Positions 46,148-56,624 of a stretch of 64,000 bases of DNA are shown here, piece after piece. Each line of letters opens with the position of its first letter. Position 1 is the first letter of the stretch. A program made the position numbers and the translations under genes. This stretch comes from Escherichia coli. GTDB lineage: Bacteria > Pseudomonadota > Gammaproteobacteria > Enterobacterales > Enterobacteriaceae. The stretch lies in assembly GCF_003334405.1 (NCBI RefSeq), contig NZ_QOWM01000003.1, one strand, 5' to 3'. Under the pieces are notes generated by a model that did not search any database, had not been told where the DNA came from, and saw nothing but the letters and a program-made list of their open reading frames with translations.

Positions 46148-47161
46148 ATGACGTACGCAGTGGAGTTTGACAACGTCTCGCGGTTGTACGGTGACGTGCG
46201 CGCAGTAGATGGCGTCAGTATTGCGATAAAAGATGGTGAGTTCTTCTCTATGCTGGGGCCGTCCGGCTCCGGCAAAACCACCTGCCTGCGCCTGATTGCT
46301 GGCTTCGAACAGCTTTCCGGCGGGGCTATCTCTATCTTTGGTAAACCCGCCAGCAATCTGCCACCGTGGGAGCGGGACGTGAATACTGTCTTTCAGGACT
46401 ACGCGCTATTTCCGCATATGTCGATTCTTGACAATGTCGCCTATGGGCTGATGGTCAAAGGCGTGAATAAAAAGCAGCGGCACGCAATGGCGCAAGAGGC
46501 GCTGGAGAAAGTGGCGTTGGGGTTTGTACATCAACGTAAACCGTCACAACTTTCTGGTGGTCAGCGCCAGCGGGTTGCTATCGCCAGAGCATTGGTGAAT
46601 GAACCGCGCGTATTGCTGTTGGATGAACCGCTCGGCGCACTGGATCTCAAATTGCGTGAGCAGATGCAGCTGGAACTGAAAAAACTGCAACAGTCTCTCG
46701 GTATCACTTTTATCTTCGTTACCCACGATCAGGGCGAAGCGTTATCGATGTCCGATCGTGTGGCGGTTTTCAATAATGGACGCATTGAGCAGGTCGATTC
46801 CCCGCGCGATCTCTATATGCGCCCGCGCACGCCGTTTGTTGCCGGGTTCGTTGGTACATCGAATGTTTTTGATGGACTGATGGCAGAGAAACTTTGTGGC
46901 ATGACGGGAAGCTTCGCCCTGCGACCGGAACATATCCGCCTCAACACCCCTGGTGAACTGCAGGCCAATGGCACGATCCAGGCGGTGCAATATCAGGGCG
47001 CGGCAACTCGTTTTGAACTGAAATTGAACGGCGGTGAAAAACTGCTTGTGAGTCAGGCCAATATGACAGGCGAAGAACTGCCTGCCACGCTCACGCCCGG
47101 ACAACAGGTGATGGTTTCCTGGTCGCGTGATGTGATGGTGCCGCTGGTTGAGGAGAGGTGA
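46148..47161 (+). CDS. ydcT: ABC transporter ATPase
   Basis: Walker A GPSGSGKT, signature LSGGQRQR, Walker B LLLDEP. Confidence 0.9.
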   Translation: MTYAVEFDNVSRLYGDVRAVDGVSIAIKDGEFFSMLGPSGSGKTTCLRLIAGFEQLSGGAISIFGKPASNLPPWERDVNTVFQDYALFPHMSILDNVAYGLMVKGVNKKQRHAMAQEALEKVALGFVHQRKPSQLSGGQRQRVAIARALVNEPRVLLLDEPLGALDLKLREQMQLELKKLQQSLGITFIFVTHDQGEALSMSDRVAVFNNGRIEQVDSPRDLYMRPRTPFVAGFVGTSNVFDGLMAEKLCGMTGSFALRPEHIRLNTPGELQANGTIQAVQYQGAATRFELKLNGGEKLLVSQANMTGEELPATLTPGQQVMVSWSRDVMVPLVEER

Positions 47162-48103
47162 ATGGCGATGAATGTATTGCAATCACCTTCACGTCCAGGT
47201 CTGGGTAAGGTGTCCGGTTTCTTCTGGCATAATCCGGGGCTGGGGCTGTTTTTACTGCTGCTTGGCCCGCTAATGTGGTTTGGCATTGTCTATTTCGGCT
47301 CGCTGCTGACACTGTTATGGCAGGGATTTTATACTTTTGACGATTTCACCATGTCGGTAACGCCGGAACTGACGCTGGCGAATATCCGTGCGCTGTTTAA
47401 TCCGGCGAATTACGACATCATTCTCCGCACGCTGACTATGGCTGTGGCAGTCACTATCGCCAGCGCCATTCTGGCTTTTCCAATGGCGTGGTATATGGCG
47501 CGCTATACCAGCGGGAAAATGAAAGCGTTTTTTTATATTGCGGTAATGTTGCCGATGTGGGCGAGCTACATTGTTAAAGCCTATGCCTGGACGTTATTGC
47601 TGGCAAAAGATGGCGTGGCTCAGTGGTTTTTACAACATCTTGGGCTGGAACCACTGCTGACTGCGTTCCTTACATTACCTGCGGTGGGCGGAAATACGCT
47701 GTCAACTTCCGGGCTGGGGCGCTTTCTGGTGTTTCTCTATATCTGGTTGCCGTTCATGATCCTGCCCGTTCAGGCGGCGCTTGAGCGTTTGCCGCCGTCA
47801 TTGTTGCAGGCGTCGGCTGATCTCGGCGCACGTCCACGACAAACCTTTCGCTATGTGGTGCTGCCGCTGGCAATCCCGGGTATTGCCGCTGGCTCTATCT
47901 TTACCTTCTCACTCACACTGGGCGATTTTATCGTCCCGCAGCTGGTTGGTCCTCCAGGATATTTTATCGGCAATATGGTTTATTCCCAGCAGGGGGCGAT
48001 TGGCAATATGCCGATGGCGGCGGCATTCACCCTGGTGCCGATTATTCTCATCGCACTGTACCTGGCGTTCGTGAAACGTCTGGGAGCGTTCGATGCACTC
48101 TGA
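47162..48103 (+). CDS. ydcU: ABC transporter permease
   Basis: 313 aa multi-TM ORF, adjacent to ydcT stop. Confidence 0.85.
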
Positions 48104-48887
48104 ACGCGCACCGTTTTTCCTCAAACTGGCGGCCTGGGGCGGCGTTGTTTTCCTACATTTTCCCATCCTGATAATCGCCGCCTATGCGTTTAACACTGAA
48201 GATGCGGCGTTTAGTTTTCCACCGCAGGGCCTGACGCTGCGCTGGTTTAGCGTGGCAGCACAGCGTAGTGATATTCTTGATGCCGTGACACTGTCACTTA
48301 AAGTGGCGGCGCTGGCGACATTAATTGCGCTGGTGTTAGGGACGCTGGCAGCTGCCGCGCTGTGGCGACGAGACTTTTTCGGCAAAAACGCCATTTCGCT
48401 GTTACTGCTGCTGCCCATTGCGCTGCCGGGCATTGTCACTGGTCTGGCGTTATTAACCGCCTTTAAAACCATCAATCTGGAGCCGGGATTTTTCACCATC
48501 GTGGTCGGTCATGCGACTTTTTGTGTAGTTGTGGTGTTTAACAATGTCATCGCCCGTTTTCGCCGCACCTCCTGGAGTCTGGTTGAGGCGTCAATGGATC
48601 TTGGGGCCAATGGCTGGCAAACCTTCCGCTACGTAGTGTTGCCGAATCTCAGTTCGGCGTTACTGGCAGGAGGAATGCTGGCGTTTGCCTTGTCGTTCGA
48701 TGAAATCATCGTTACGACCTTTACGGCAGGTCATGAACGAACGTTACCGTTGTGGTTGCTCAATCAGCTTGGGCGACCGCGTGATGTACCGGTAACTAAC
48801 GTGGTGGCACTGCTGGTTATGTTGGTAACAACCTTGCCGATCCTGGGGGCCTGGTGGCTAACCCGCGAAGGCGACAATGGTCAATAA
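48093..48887 (+). CDS. ydcV: ABC transporter permease
   Basis: 264 aa multi-TM; overlaps ydcU by 11 nt. Confidence 0.85.
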
Positions 48888-48908
48888 CCACTGATACAGG
48901 AATATGCT

Positions 48909-50333
48909 ATGCAACATAAGTTACTGATTAACGGAGAACTGGTTAGCGGCGAAGGGGAAAAACAGCCTGTCTATAATCCGGCAACGGGGGACGTTTTACT
49001 GGAAATTGCCGAGGCATCCGCAGAGCAGGTCGATGCTGCTGTGCGCGCGGCAGATGCAGCATTTGCCGAATGGGGGCAAACCACGCCGAAAGTGCGTGCG
49101 GAATGTCTGCTGAAACTGGCTGATGTTATCGAAGAAAATGGTCAGGTTTTTGCCGAACTGGAGTCCCGTAATTGTGGCAAACCGCTGCATAGTGCGTTCA
49201 ATGATGAAATCCCGGCGATTGTCGATGTTTTTCGCTTTTTCGCGGGTGCGGCGCGCTGTCTGAATGGTCTGGCGGCAGGTGAATATCTTGAAGGTCATAC
49301 TTCGATGATCCGTCGCGATCCGTTGGGGGTCGTGGCTTCTATCGCACCGTGGAATTATCCGCTGATGATGGCCGCGTGGAAACTTGCTCCGGCGCTGGCG
49401 GCAGGGAACTGCGTAGTGCTTAAACCATCAGAAATTACCCCGCTGACCGCGTTGAAGTTGGCAGAGCTGGCGAAAGATATCTTCCCGGCAGGCGTGATTA
49501 ACATACTGTTTGGCAGAGGCAAAACGGTGGGTGATCCGCTGACCGGTCATCCCAAAGTGCGGATGGTGTCGCTGACGGGCTCTATCGCCACCGGCGAGCA
49601 CATCATCAGCCATACCGCGTCGTCCATTAAGCGTACTCATATGGAACTTGGTGGCAAAGCGCCAGTGATTGTTTTTGATGATGCGGATATTGAAGCAGTG
49701 GTCGAAGGTGTACGTACATTTGGCTATTACAATGCTGGACAGGATTGTACTGCGGCTTGTCGGATCTACGCGCAAAAAGGCATTTACGATACGCTGGTGG
49801 AAAAACTGGGTGCTGCGGTGGCAACGTTAAAATCTGGTGCGCCAGATGACGAGTCTACGGAGCTTGGACCTTTAAGCTCGCTGGCGCATCTCGAACGCGT
49901 CAGCAAGGCAGTAGAAGAGGCGAAAGCGACAGGGCACATCAAAGTGATCACTGGCGGTGAAAAGCGCAAGGGTAATGGCTATTACTATGCGCCGACGCTG
50001 CTGGCTGGCGCATTACAGGACGATGCCATCGTGCAAAAAGAGGTATTTGGTCCAGTAGTGAGTGTTACGCCCTTCGACAACGAAGAACAGGTGGTGAACT
50101 GGGCGAATGACAGCCAGTACGGACTTGCATCTTCGGTATGGACGAAAGATGTGGGCAGGGCGCATCGCGTCAGCGCACGGCTGCAATATGGTTGTACCTG
50201 GGTCAATACCCATTTCATGCTGGTAAGTGAAATGCCGCACGGTGGGCAGAAACTTTCTGGTTACGGCAAGGATATGTCACTTTATGGGCTGGAGGATTAC
50301 ACCGTCGTCCGCCACGTCATGGTTAAACATTAA
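48909..50333 (+). CDS. patD: Gamma-aminobutyraldehyde dehydrogenase
   Basis: 474 aa aldehyde dehydrogenase; catalytic Cys region [16 protein letters not shown] motif. Confidence 0.9.
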   Translation: MQHKLLINGELVSGEGEKQPVYNPATGDVLLEIAEASAEQVDAAVRAADAAFAEWGQTTPKVRAECLLKLADVIEENGQVFAELESRNCGKPLHSAFNDEIPAIVDVFRFFAGAARCLNGLAAGEYLEGHTSMIRRDPLGVVASIAPWNYPLMMAAWKLAPALAAGNCVVLKPSEITPLTALKLAELAKDIFPAGVINILFGRGKTVGDPLTGHPKVRMVSLTGSIATGEHIISHTASSIKRTHMELGGKAPVIVFDDADIEAVVEGVRTFGYYNAGQDCTAACRIYAQKGIYDTLVEKLGAAVATLKSGAPDDESTELGPLSSLAHLERVSKAVEEAKATGHIKVITGGEKRKGNGYYYAPTLLAGALQDDAIVQKEVFGPVVSVTPFDNEEQVVNWANDSQYGLASSVWTKDVGRAHRVSARLQYGCTWVNTHFMLVSEMPHGGQKLSGYGKDMSLYGLEDYTVVRHVMVKH

Positions 50334-50429
50334 GGATAATATTGCAGATCGTAAGAGTATGAGATGATCTTGCGTACTGTCAGAGCACTGATTTCTCTGA
50401 CAGTACGTGCTGCGTGCAAAATCACTACA

Positions 50430-50525
50430 TCAAATAAACCAGCCAAATCTCATAGAGATAAGAGTAAACAAACCAACAGCAGCAAAGAAATTTATCAGTA
50501 CTACAGTTCTACTGGAAACATTCAT
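50430..50525 (-). CDS. yncL: 31-aa single-TM small membrane protein
   Basis: Minus-strand ORF MNVSSRTVVLINFFAAVGLFTLISMRFGWFI with aaggtgg RBS; below ORF-track cut-off. Confidence 0.55.
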   Translation of the reverse strand: MNVSSRTVVLINFFAAVGLFTLISMRFGWFI

Positions 50526-50719
50526 TTTTGCCACCTTTTATCATTGCCCCTATGTGTATAGTACGGGTTAAGAAAATCCGCAATAATACTCATTCTGAAG
50601 ATGGATAAGGGCAAGTTGCTGTTTGATGATTTTTTCTCAAACTGGTGAAAAAACTTGATGCACGTCAAAAAATGACGCATATTTGCGCGCGTTTTATTCA
50701 TCTGGTTGGACGCCCGTAC

Positions 50720-50893
50720 ATGTCTCTCTATCAACACATGCTTGTTTTTTATGCGGTTATGGCAGCAATCGCATTTCTTATCACCTGGTTTCTTTCTCAC
50801 GATAAGAAACGCATCCGTTTCTTAAGCGCCTTTCTGGTGGGGGCAACATGGCCGATGAGTTTCCCGGTGGCGCTGTTGTTTTCACTGTTTTAA
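50720..50893 (+). CDS. ortT: OrtT (GhoT-like orphan membrane toxin), 57 aa
   Basis: Internal ATG of the track ORF giving MSLYQHMLVFYAVMAAIAFLITWFLSHDKKRIRFLSAFLVGATWPMSFPVALLFSLF; two hydrophobic helices. Confidence 0.65.
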   Translation: MSLYQHMLVFYAVMAAIAFLITWFLSHDKKRIRFLSAFLVGATWPMSFPVALLFSLF

Positions 50894-50978
50894 ATCTTAC
50901 TCACTGGCTTGACGGCACCACGCAGACTTATATCATTTGGATGAATCGATAAATTTCACAAGTGGCTAAGGAGAAAGT

Positions 50979-51212
50979 ATGTCGCATCTGGATGAAGTCA
51001 TCGCGCGCGTGGATGCCGCGATTGAAGAGAGCGTCATTGCCCATATGAACGAATTATTAATCGCCCTGAGCGATGACGCGGAGTTAAGTCGGGAAGATCG
51101 CTACACCCAGCAGCAACGTCTGCGCACAGCGATCGCCCATCACGGTCGCAAGCATAAAGAAGATATGGAAGCGCGCCACGAACAGTTAACCAAAGGCGGC
51201 ACCATCCTCTGA
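50979..51212 (+). CDS. ydcY: Small DUF2526-like protein
   Basis: 77 aa ORF with RBS aaggag. Confidence 0.7.
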   Translation: MSHLDEVIARVDAAIEESVIAHMNELLIALSDDAELSREDRYTQQQRLRTAIAHHGRKHKEDMEARHEQLTKGGTIL

Positions 51213-51662
51213 TTAAAATGAGCGTCTGGCTACCAACCAGGCGCCAACCACAAGTAAAATTGCGCCACAAATTGGGCCGAACAACGCCCGTAGTGGTACG
51301 CCATGACTGCGGAAGATATCCAGCATCAGACCGCCAATCAGCTGACTGGCGACCAGTACAGCAATAGTTGTCGCCGCTCCCACATTCTGATATCCGCTGA
51401 TACTGGCGAAGACAAAAAACGATCCCAGCAAGCCAGGTATAAGTGTCCACCAGCGCACGCTGGACACCAGTTCGCCAAACCCCGCCATGCCTTGTTTAAA
51501 CCATAAAATAGAAACAAAGAGCACAATCCCCACCAGTGAGTTCAGCAACATGGCGATGAGAATGGTAGAGGAGGTCTGGGTGATGCGCACCATCAGCGTG
51601 TTCTGGACAACCAGACCAATTCCGGCGGCAATCAAAAAAGCAAGGGTGAGCGACTGATTCAT
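51213..51662 (-). CDS. ydcZ: DMT-superfamily inner-membrane protein
   Basis: 149 aa, four predicted TM segments; start overlaps mnaT stop (ATGA). Confidence 0.8.
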   Translation of the reverse strand: MNQSLTLAFLIAAGIGLVVQNTLMVRITQTSSTILIAMLLNSLVGIVLFVSILWFKQGMAGFGELVSSVRWWTLIPGLLGSFFVFASISGYQNVGAATTIAVLVASQLIGGLMLDIFRSHGVPLRALFGPICGAILLVVGAWLVARRSF

Positions 51663-52177
51663 CCAATCGCGTCCGGTTCAGTGCGCTCGTCGAGTTGCAA
51701 CTGCATAAATGTCAGATCCAGCCAACGACCAAATTTAGTGCCTACCTGCGGCATTTGCGCGGTGACGACAAATCCCAGCGACTGGTGGAGATGCAGCGAG
51801 GCCTGATTTTGCGATTCGATCCCGGCGACCATGACATGCTTCCCGCAATCCCGCGCTTCATCAATCAATCGGCTTAACAATTTACGCCCCAGACCTTTGC
51901 CCTGATGATCGGGATGGACATAAACCGAATGTTCCACGGTATGGCGAAAACCATCGAAACTACGCCAGTCGCCAAACGAGGCATATCCCGTCACTACGCC
52001 GTTTTCCTCGCTCACCAGCACTGGATAACCTGCTAAAGTCCGCGCTTCAAACCAGGCAATGCGGTTATCAGCATCCACCGTTTGGTCATTCCAGATAGCC
52101 GCCGTATACAACACGGCGTGGTTATAAATTTCCGCAATGGCAGCACAGTCGGCTTTGCGGGCAAAACGGATGGACAT
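51659..52177 (-). CDS. mnaT: GNAT-family L-amino-acid N-acyltransferase
   Basis: 172 aa from the internal ATG at 52177 (MSIRFARKADCAAIAEIYNH...); the longer track ORF is rejected. Confidence 0.85.
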   Translation of the reverse strand: MSIRFARKADCAAIAEIYNHAVLYTAAIWNDQTVDADNRIAWFEARTLAGYPVLVSEENGVVTGYASFGDWRSFDGFRHTVEHSVYVHPDHQGKGLGRKLLSRLIDEARDCGKHVMVAGIESQNQASLHLHQSLGFVVTAQMPQVGTKFGRWLDLTFMQLQLDERTEPDAIG

Positions 52178-52357
52178 GTCTGGCCTCAATAAAATAATGA
52201 TGATGATGTTATCAATACTATCGAAAACAGCCCGAAGCAACGGATTCCTCGATGAAATTATTGCGTGTTGCAGAGGGGATGTGACGGCTGCAAACAAAAC
52301 CAATCCCGTGAGCCTGCTACTATTGATGGATTCATGCCAAAAGCACAGGAGAGCATT

Positions 52358-53395
52358 ATGGGGCAACAAAAGCAGCGTAATCGACGTTGGGTTCTGGCCT
52401 CGCGTCCACATGGCGCACCTGTTCCGGAGAATTTCCGTCTTGAAGAAGATGATGTCGCCACACCGGGTGAAGGACAGGTGTTACTGCGCACAGTTTATTT
52501 GTCCCTGGACCCGTATATGCGTGGACGTATGAGCGATGAGCCATCTTATTCACCGCCTGTTGATATTGGCGGCGTGATGGTCGGCGGTACGGTGAGCCGT
52601 GTCGTGGAGTCGAATCATCCTGATTATCAGTCTGGCGACTGGGTGCTGGGCTACAGTGGATGGCAAGACTATGACATATCCAGTGGTGATGATCTGGTGA
52701 AACTTGGCGATCATCCGCAAAATCCATCGTGGTCGCTGGGTGTGCTAGGGATGCCAGGCTTTACCGCTTATATGGGCCTACTGGATATCGGTCAGCCTAA
52801 AGAGGGCGAAACGTTGGTGGTAGCTGCGGCGACAGGACCAGTGGGGGCGACGGTGGGGCAAATCGGCAAACTTAAAGGTTGCAGAGTGGTGGGGGTAGCC
52901 GGTGGCGCGGAAAAATGCCGCCATGCTACCGAGGTGTTAGGCTTCGATGTTTGTCTTGATCACCACGCGGATGATTTTGCCGAACAACTGGCGAAAGCGT
53001 GCCCAAAAGGTATTGATATCTATTATGAAAACGTGGGCGGTAAGGTATTCGATGCGGTGCTACCGTTACTTAATACATCTGCGCGCATTCCCGTCTGCGG
53101 ATTAGTGAGCAGCTATAACGCTACAGAGCTACCACCCGGTCCGGATCGTTTACCTCTGTTGATGGCTACAGTGCTGAAAAAACGTATTCGCTTGCAAGGT
53201 TTTATTATCGCTCAGGATTATGGTCACCGCATCCATGAGTTTCAGAGGGAGATGGGGCAATGGGTGAAAGAGGATAAAATCCACTACCGCGAAGAAATTA
53301 CTGACGGTTTAGAGAATGCGCCACAGACGTTTATCGGCCTGCTGAAGGGTAAAAACTTCGGCAAAGTGGTGATCCGCGTGGCGGGTGATGATTAA
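52358..53395 (+). CDS. curA: NADPH-dependent curcumin / enone reductase (MDR superfamily)
   Basis: ATG 52358 with aggagag RBS; Rossmann motif AAATGPVGATVGQIGK. Confidence 0.85.
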   Translation: MGQQKQRNRRWVLASRPHGAPVPENFRLEEDDVATPGEGQVLLRTVYLSLDPYMRGRMSDEPSYSPPVDIGGVMVGGTVSRVVESNHPDYQSGDWVLGYSGWQDYDISSGDDLVKLGDHPQNPSWSLGVLGMPGFTAYMGLLDIGQPKEGETLVVAAATGPVGATVGQIGKLKGCRVVGVAGGAEKCRHATEVLGFDVCLDHHADDFAEQLAKACPKGIDIYYENVGGKVFDAVLPLLNTSARIPVCGLVSSYNATELPPGPDRLPLLMATVLKKRIRLQGFIIAQDYGHRIHEFQREMGQWVKEDKIHYREEITDGLENAPQTFIGLLKGKNFGKVVIRVAGDD

Positions 53396-53579
53396 AGTTT
53401 CAACGGCGGCGTAAGCCGCCATAAAAATCCAGGCAAAAAGCTTATTTTCAGCTTTAATTAACTAACCACATCATTGTTCTGCTGCTAATAACAACTTATG
53501 ATTATTCACTTTAATACACCAGGTGAATTCCTTCTGCCATGCAGGCAGGGTTGGACAGAAAACACGCGAAGGAATTAAA

Positions 53580-54245
53580 ATGCCTGGAACGGGAAAAATG
53601 AAACATGTCAGTTTGACTCTGCAGGTTGAGAACGACCTGAAACATCAGCTTAGTATTGGCGCATTAAAACCTGGCGCACGCCTGATTACTAAAAATCTGG
53701 CGGAGCAATTAGGTATGAGTATTACACCTGTGCGTGAAGCATTATTACGTCTGGTTTCGGTGAATGCGCTTTCTGTCGCACCTGCACAAGCATTTACAGT
53801 TCCGGAAGTGGGGAAACGTCAATTAGACGAAATCAATCGGATCCGCTACGAACTGGAATTAATGGCAGTTGCTCTGGCTGTTGAAAACCTCACCCCGCAA
53901 GACCTTGCGGAACTCCAGGAATTGCTCGAGAAATTACAGCAGGCGCAAGAAAAGGGCGACATGGAACAAATCATTAATGTAAACAGGCTATTTCGCTTAG
54001 CGATTTATCATCGCTCAAATATGCCCATCCTGTGTGAGATGATTGAGCAACTGTGGGTCAGGATGGGGCCTGGTTTACATTATCTCTATGAAGCGATTAA
54101 TCCAGCGGAATTACGGGAGCATATAGAAAACTATCATCTGTTACTCGCTGCGTTAAAAGCAAAAGACAAAGAGGGATGCAGACATTGTCTTGCTGAAATT
54201 ATGCAACAAAATATTGCTATTTTATACCAGCAATACAATCGTTAA
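53580..54245 (+). CDS. mcbR: GntR/FadR-family regulator McbR
   Basis: 221 aa from ATG 53580 with aaggaa RBS; N-terminal winged HTH. Confidence 0.8.
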   Translation: MPGTGKMKHVSLTLQVENDLKHQLSIGALKPGARLITKNLAEQLGMSITPVREALLRLVSVNALSVAPAQAFTVPEVGKRQLDEINRIRYELELMAVALAVENLTPQDLAELQELLEKLQQAQEKGDMEQIINVNRLFRLAIYHRSNMPILCEMIEQLWVRMGPGLHYLYEAINPAELREHIENYHLLLAALKAKDKEGCRHCLAEIMQQNIAILYQQYNR

Positions 54246-54280
54246 AGTAAATGCCCGGCAAATACCGGGCATCAAGGTAA

Positions 54281-56383
54281 TTACTCAAATCTCCACGCAA
54301 TATTCATGCCGACACCATAATTTCGTCCGGGCGAAGGTTCGTAATATCGCCCGTTTGACTCATTGACAATGACAGAACCAACGTATTCTTTATCGAATAA
54401 ATTATCGACACGACCAAATAAATCCACAGTTAAATTGTGGTAATTGTATTTATACCCGGTGAATAAGCCGACGAGAGTATAAGACGGCGCTTTTGCCGTA
54501 TTTTCATCATCTGCCATAATATCGCCCATATAACGCGCTTCCGTGCCTGCATACCAACCATCTTCCGGTACATAACCTATCGACGCAAAGCCCATATTAC
54601 GGGCGATCCCTGGCATCCGATTACCGTTACAATCCTGTTCATTGCAAACATTGCTGCGATAGGTCGCATCAAGCCAGGTCCAGGACGCGTTTACGCGAAA
54701 ATCTCCTGCGAAACGTTGATCCCATGCCAGTTCAGCGCCTTGACGACGGGTCTTTCCGGCATTTTTGTAAGTCGTACGCCCACCGCTACTGCTATCGACA
54801 ACAATTTCATCATCAGTGTCGGTCTGAAACAATGCGAGACTAAGCAGCCCATCACCAATACGCGTTTTACTGCCGATCTCAATTGTATCGTTGGTGGATG
54901 GTTTTAAACCTAAGTTCATACCGCTTTGCCCATCAGCACGATAAGACAGCTCATTAATCGTCGGCGTTTCAAAACCTCGCCCGGCTGCCAGATAGATATT
55001 CCAGGCATCGGTCATTGCATATTTTAACGAACCGGCAGGTAGCCATTTATGATAACTGGCATCACCGCTGTCATCGCCGTTACCCGGAGTAACGTAATGG
55101 TCGTTGGAATCAAACCACACGGAGCTGTAGCGCACGCCAGCATCCAGCGACAGTTTTTCGCTCAGCTGCCACTGCGTCTGTAAATAGGGATCGATGTTCC
55201 ACATCAGATTGCGTTCGTCGCGACGCAACTCACCTTTTTGCCCGTACTCCGGCATGCCGCTATTCAGGCGGAAGTTATTGTAGCCCTTGCGGTTTTCACT
55301 CATGTTTTCGTAGTTCAGGCCGGTAGTGAACGTGACCGGAACGCCCAGTTCACCACGGTGTGTCCAGCGGCTGTCTATTCCCTGGTAATGGCGTTGCAGG
55401 GTAATCACGCCGCCCGCATGTGACGGGTTAAGTTGTGGTGCCATGGGTATTGACTGGTACTGGGTCGTTTCTCGCTCTCCGGCATACATCATCACACTCA
55501 TATCATCCCGCGAACTCAGGCTACGCTCATAGCGCAACCCAGCCTGAGTTTGCTTGATGGTTTTTCGCGTGTCGTACTGTTCTGCACGAGGCGCTTGTTG
55601 TGGATTTGCCTTCCATTCTGCTTTGGTTAGCCCACCTGGGTCATCTGCTTTGATATCCACACTATTGAAAATCAGACTTAATTTGCTGGCTTCATCAATG
55701 CGTACGCCCAGTTTGGCATTGGCTAAATTTTTCTGTGCGCCACTATGGTCACGATAGCCGTGGGTCGTAAAACGCGTGGTTGAGACGGTGTAATCGACAT
55801 CGCCAGGCTGTGTGCCGTCTCCCGTTGCGCCCGTTGCTTTCAGCCCATAGCGCCAGCTGCCAAAACTGCCGTAGTAACTACTGGCTTCAATGGTTGGTGG
55901 CTGTTGTCCGGTCTGGGTGGTGACATTCATTACCCCACCAGACGCGTTGCCATACAGGGCAGAGAAGGGGCCACGCAGCACTTCCACATTTTGCACACTG
56001 CTTAAATCGATGTTGGATGTTTGCCCTTGCCCGTCGGGCATGGTGGCGGGAATACCGTCCACATACAGGCGAATACCGCGAATACCGTAAGTGGAGCGGG
56101 AGCCAAATCCGCGAATCGACAGCTGTAAATCTTGCGCATAGTTCTGCCGGTTTTGTACCTGCAAACCAGGCACGCCGGTCAGTGATTCGGACAAGTTAAT
56201 GCGCGGTGTTGCCAGGCGCATCTCCTCGCCATCCACCACGCTTACTGCTGCTGGGGTATCCAGTTCTGAAACCACCTGCGGTGCGGCACTGACAATCATA
56301 GTCTGTTCATCAGCGGCAAAAACAACGGGGGAAAGGACAAGCAGTGCGGGCAAAACGGTCTGTCGGACGGAAAAAATCTTCAT
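54281..56383 (-). CDS. yncD: TonB-dependent outer-membrane receptor
   Basis: 700 aa; signal peptide, plug and barrel, C-terminal ...AWRFE. Confidence 0.9.
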   Translation of the reverse strand: MKIFSVRQTVLPALLVLSPVVFAADEQTMIVSAAPQVVSELDTPAAVSVVDGEEMRLATPRINLSESLTGVPGLQVQNRQNYAQDLQLSIRGFGSRSTYGIRGIRLYVDGIPATMPDGQGQTSNIDLSSVQNVEVLRGPFSALYGNASGGVMNVTTQTGQQPPTIEASSYYGSFGSWRYGLKATGATGDGTQPGDVDYTVSTTRFTTHGYRDHSGAQKNLANAKLGVRIDEASKLSLIFNSVDIKADDPGGLTKAEWKANPQQAPRAEQYDTRKTIKQTQAGLRYERSLSSRDDMSVMMYAGERETTQYQSIPMAPQLNPSHAGGVITLQRHYQGIDSRWTHRGELGVPVTFTTGLNYENMSENRKGYNNFRLNSGMPEYGQKGELRRDERNLMWNIDPYLQTQWQLSEKLSLDAGVRYSSVWFDSNDHYVTPGNGDDSGDASYHKWLPAGSLKYAMTDAWNIYLAAGRGFETPTINELSYRADGQSGMNLGLKPSTNDTIEIGSKTRIGDGLLSLALFQTDTDDEIVVDSSSGGRTTYKNAGKTRRQGAELAWDQRFAGDFRVNASWTWLDATYRSNVCNEQDCNGNRMPGIARNMGFASIGYVPEDGWYAGTEARYMGDIMADDENTAKAPSYTLVGLFTGYKYNYHNLTVDLFGRVDNLFDKEYVGSVIVNESNGRYYEPSPGRNYGVGMNIAWRFE

Positions 56384-56624
56384 GAAAAAAGCCAGGTTAA
56401 GAATGGGAAAACGCCGTCATGGTAATGAAATTGTAAATTTATGGAAAATGAAACGGCACAATACGTTAAGTAATTGAGAAAATTGTAGTCGTAACGGCAA
56501 GAAATGCTCCACATTTGAGAAAATAATGATTACCATTCCCATTTATAACAAGAGCGTAACGATGATTACGCTTAGCGAAGCATTGTGAAGCAGCAAAAAT
56601 ATCGGTTCATCAAAGGGAGTCGTC

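Noticed and set aside
53396-53440. Hairpin ggcggc-gtaa-gccgcc after curA as a terminator
   Set aside because: It is followed by ATAAAAAT rather than a U-tract on the coding strand, so it is not a convincing intrinsic terminator.
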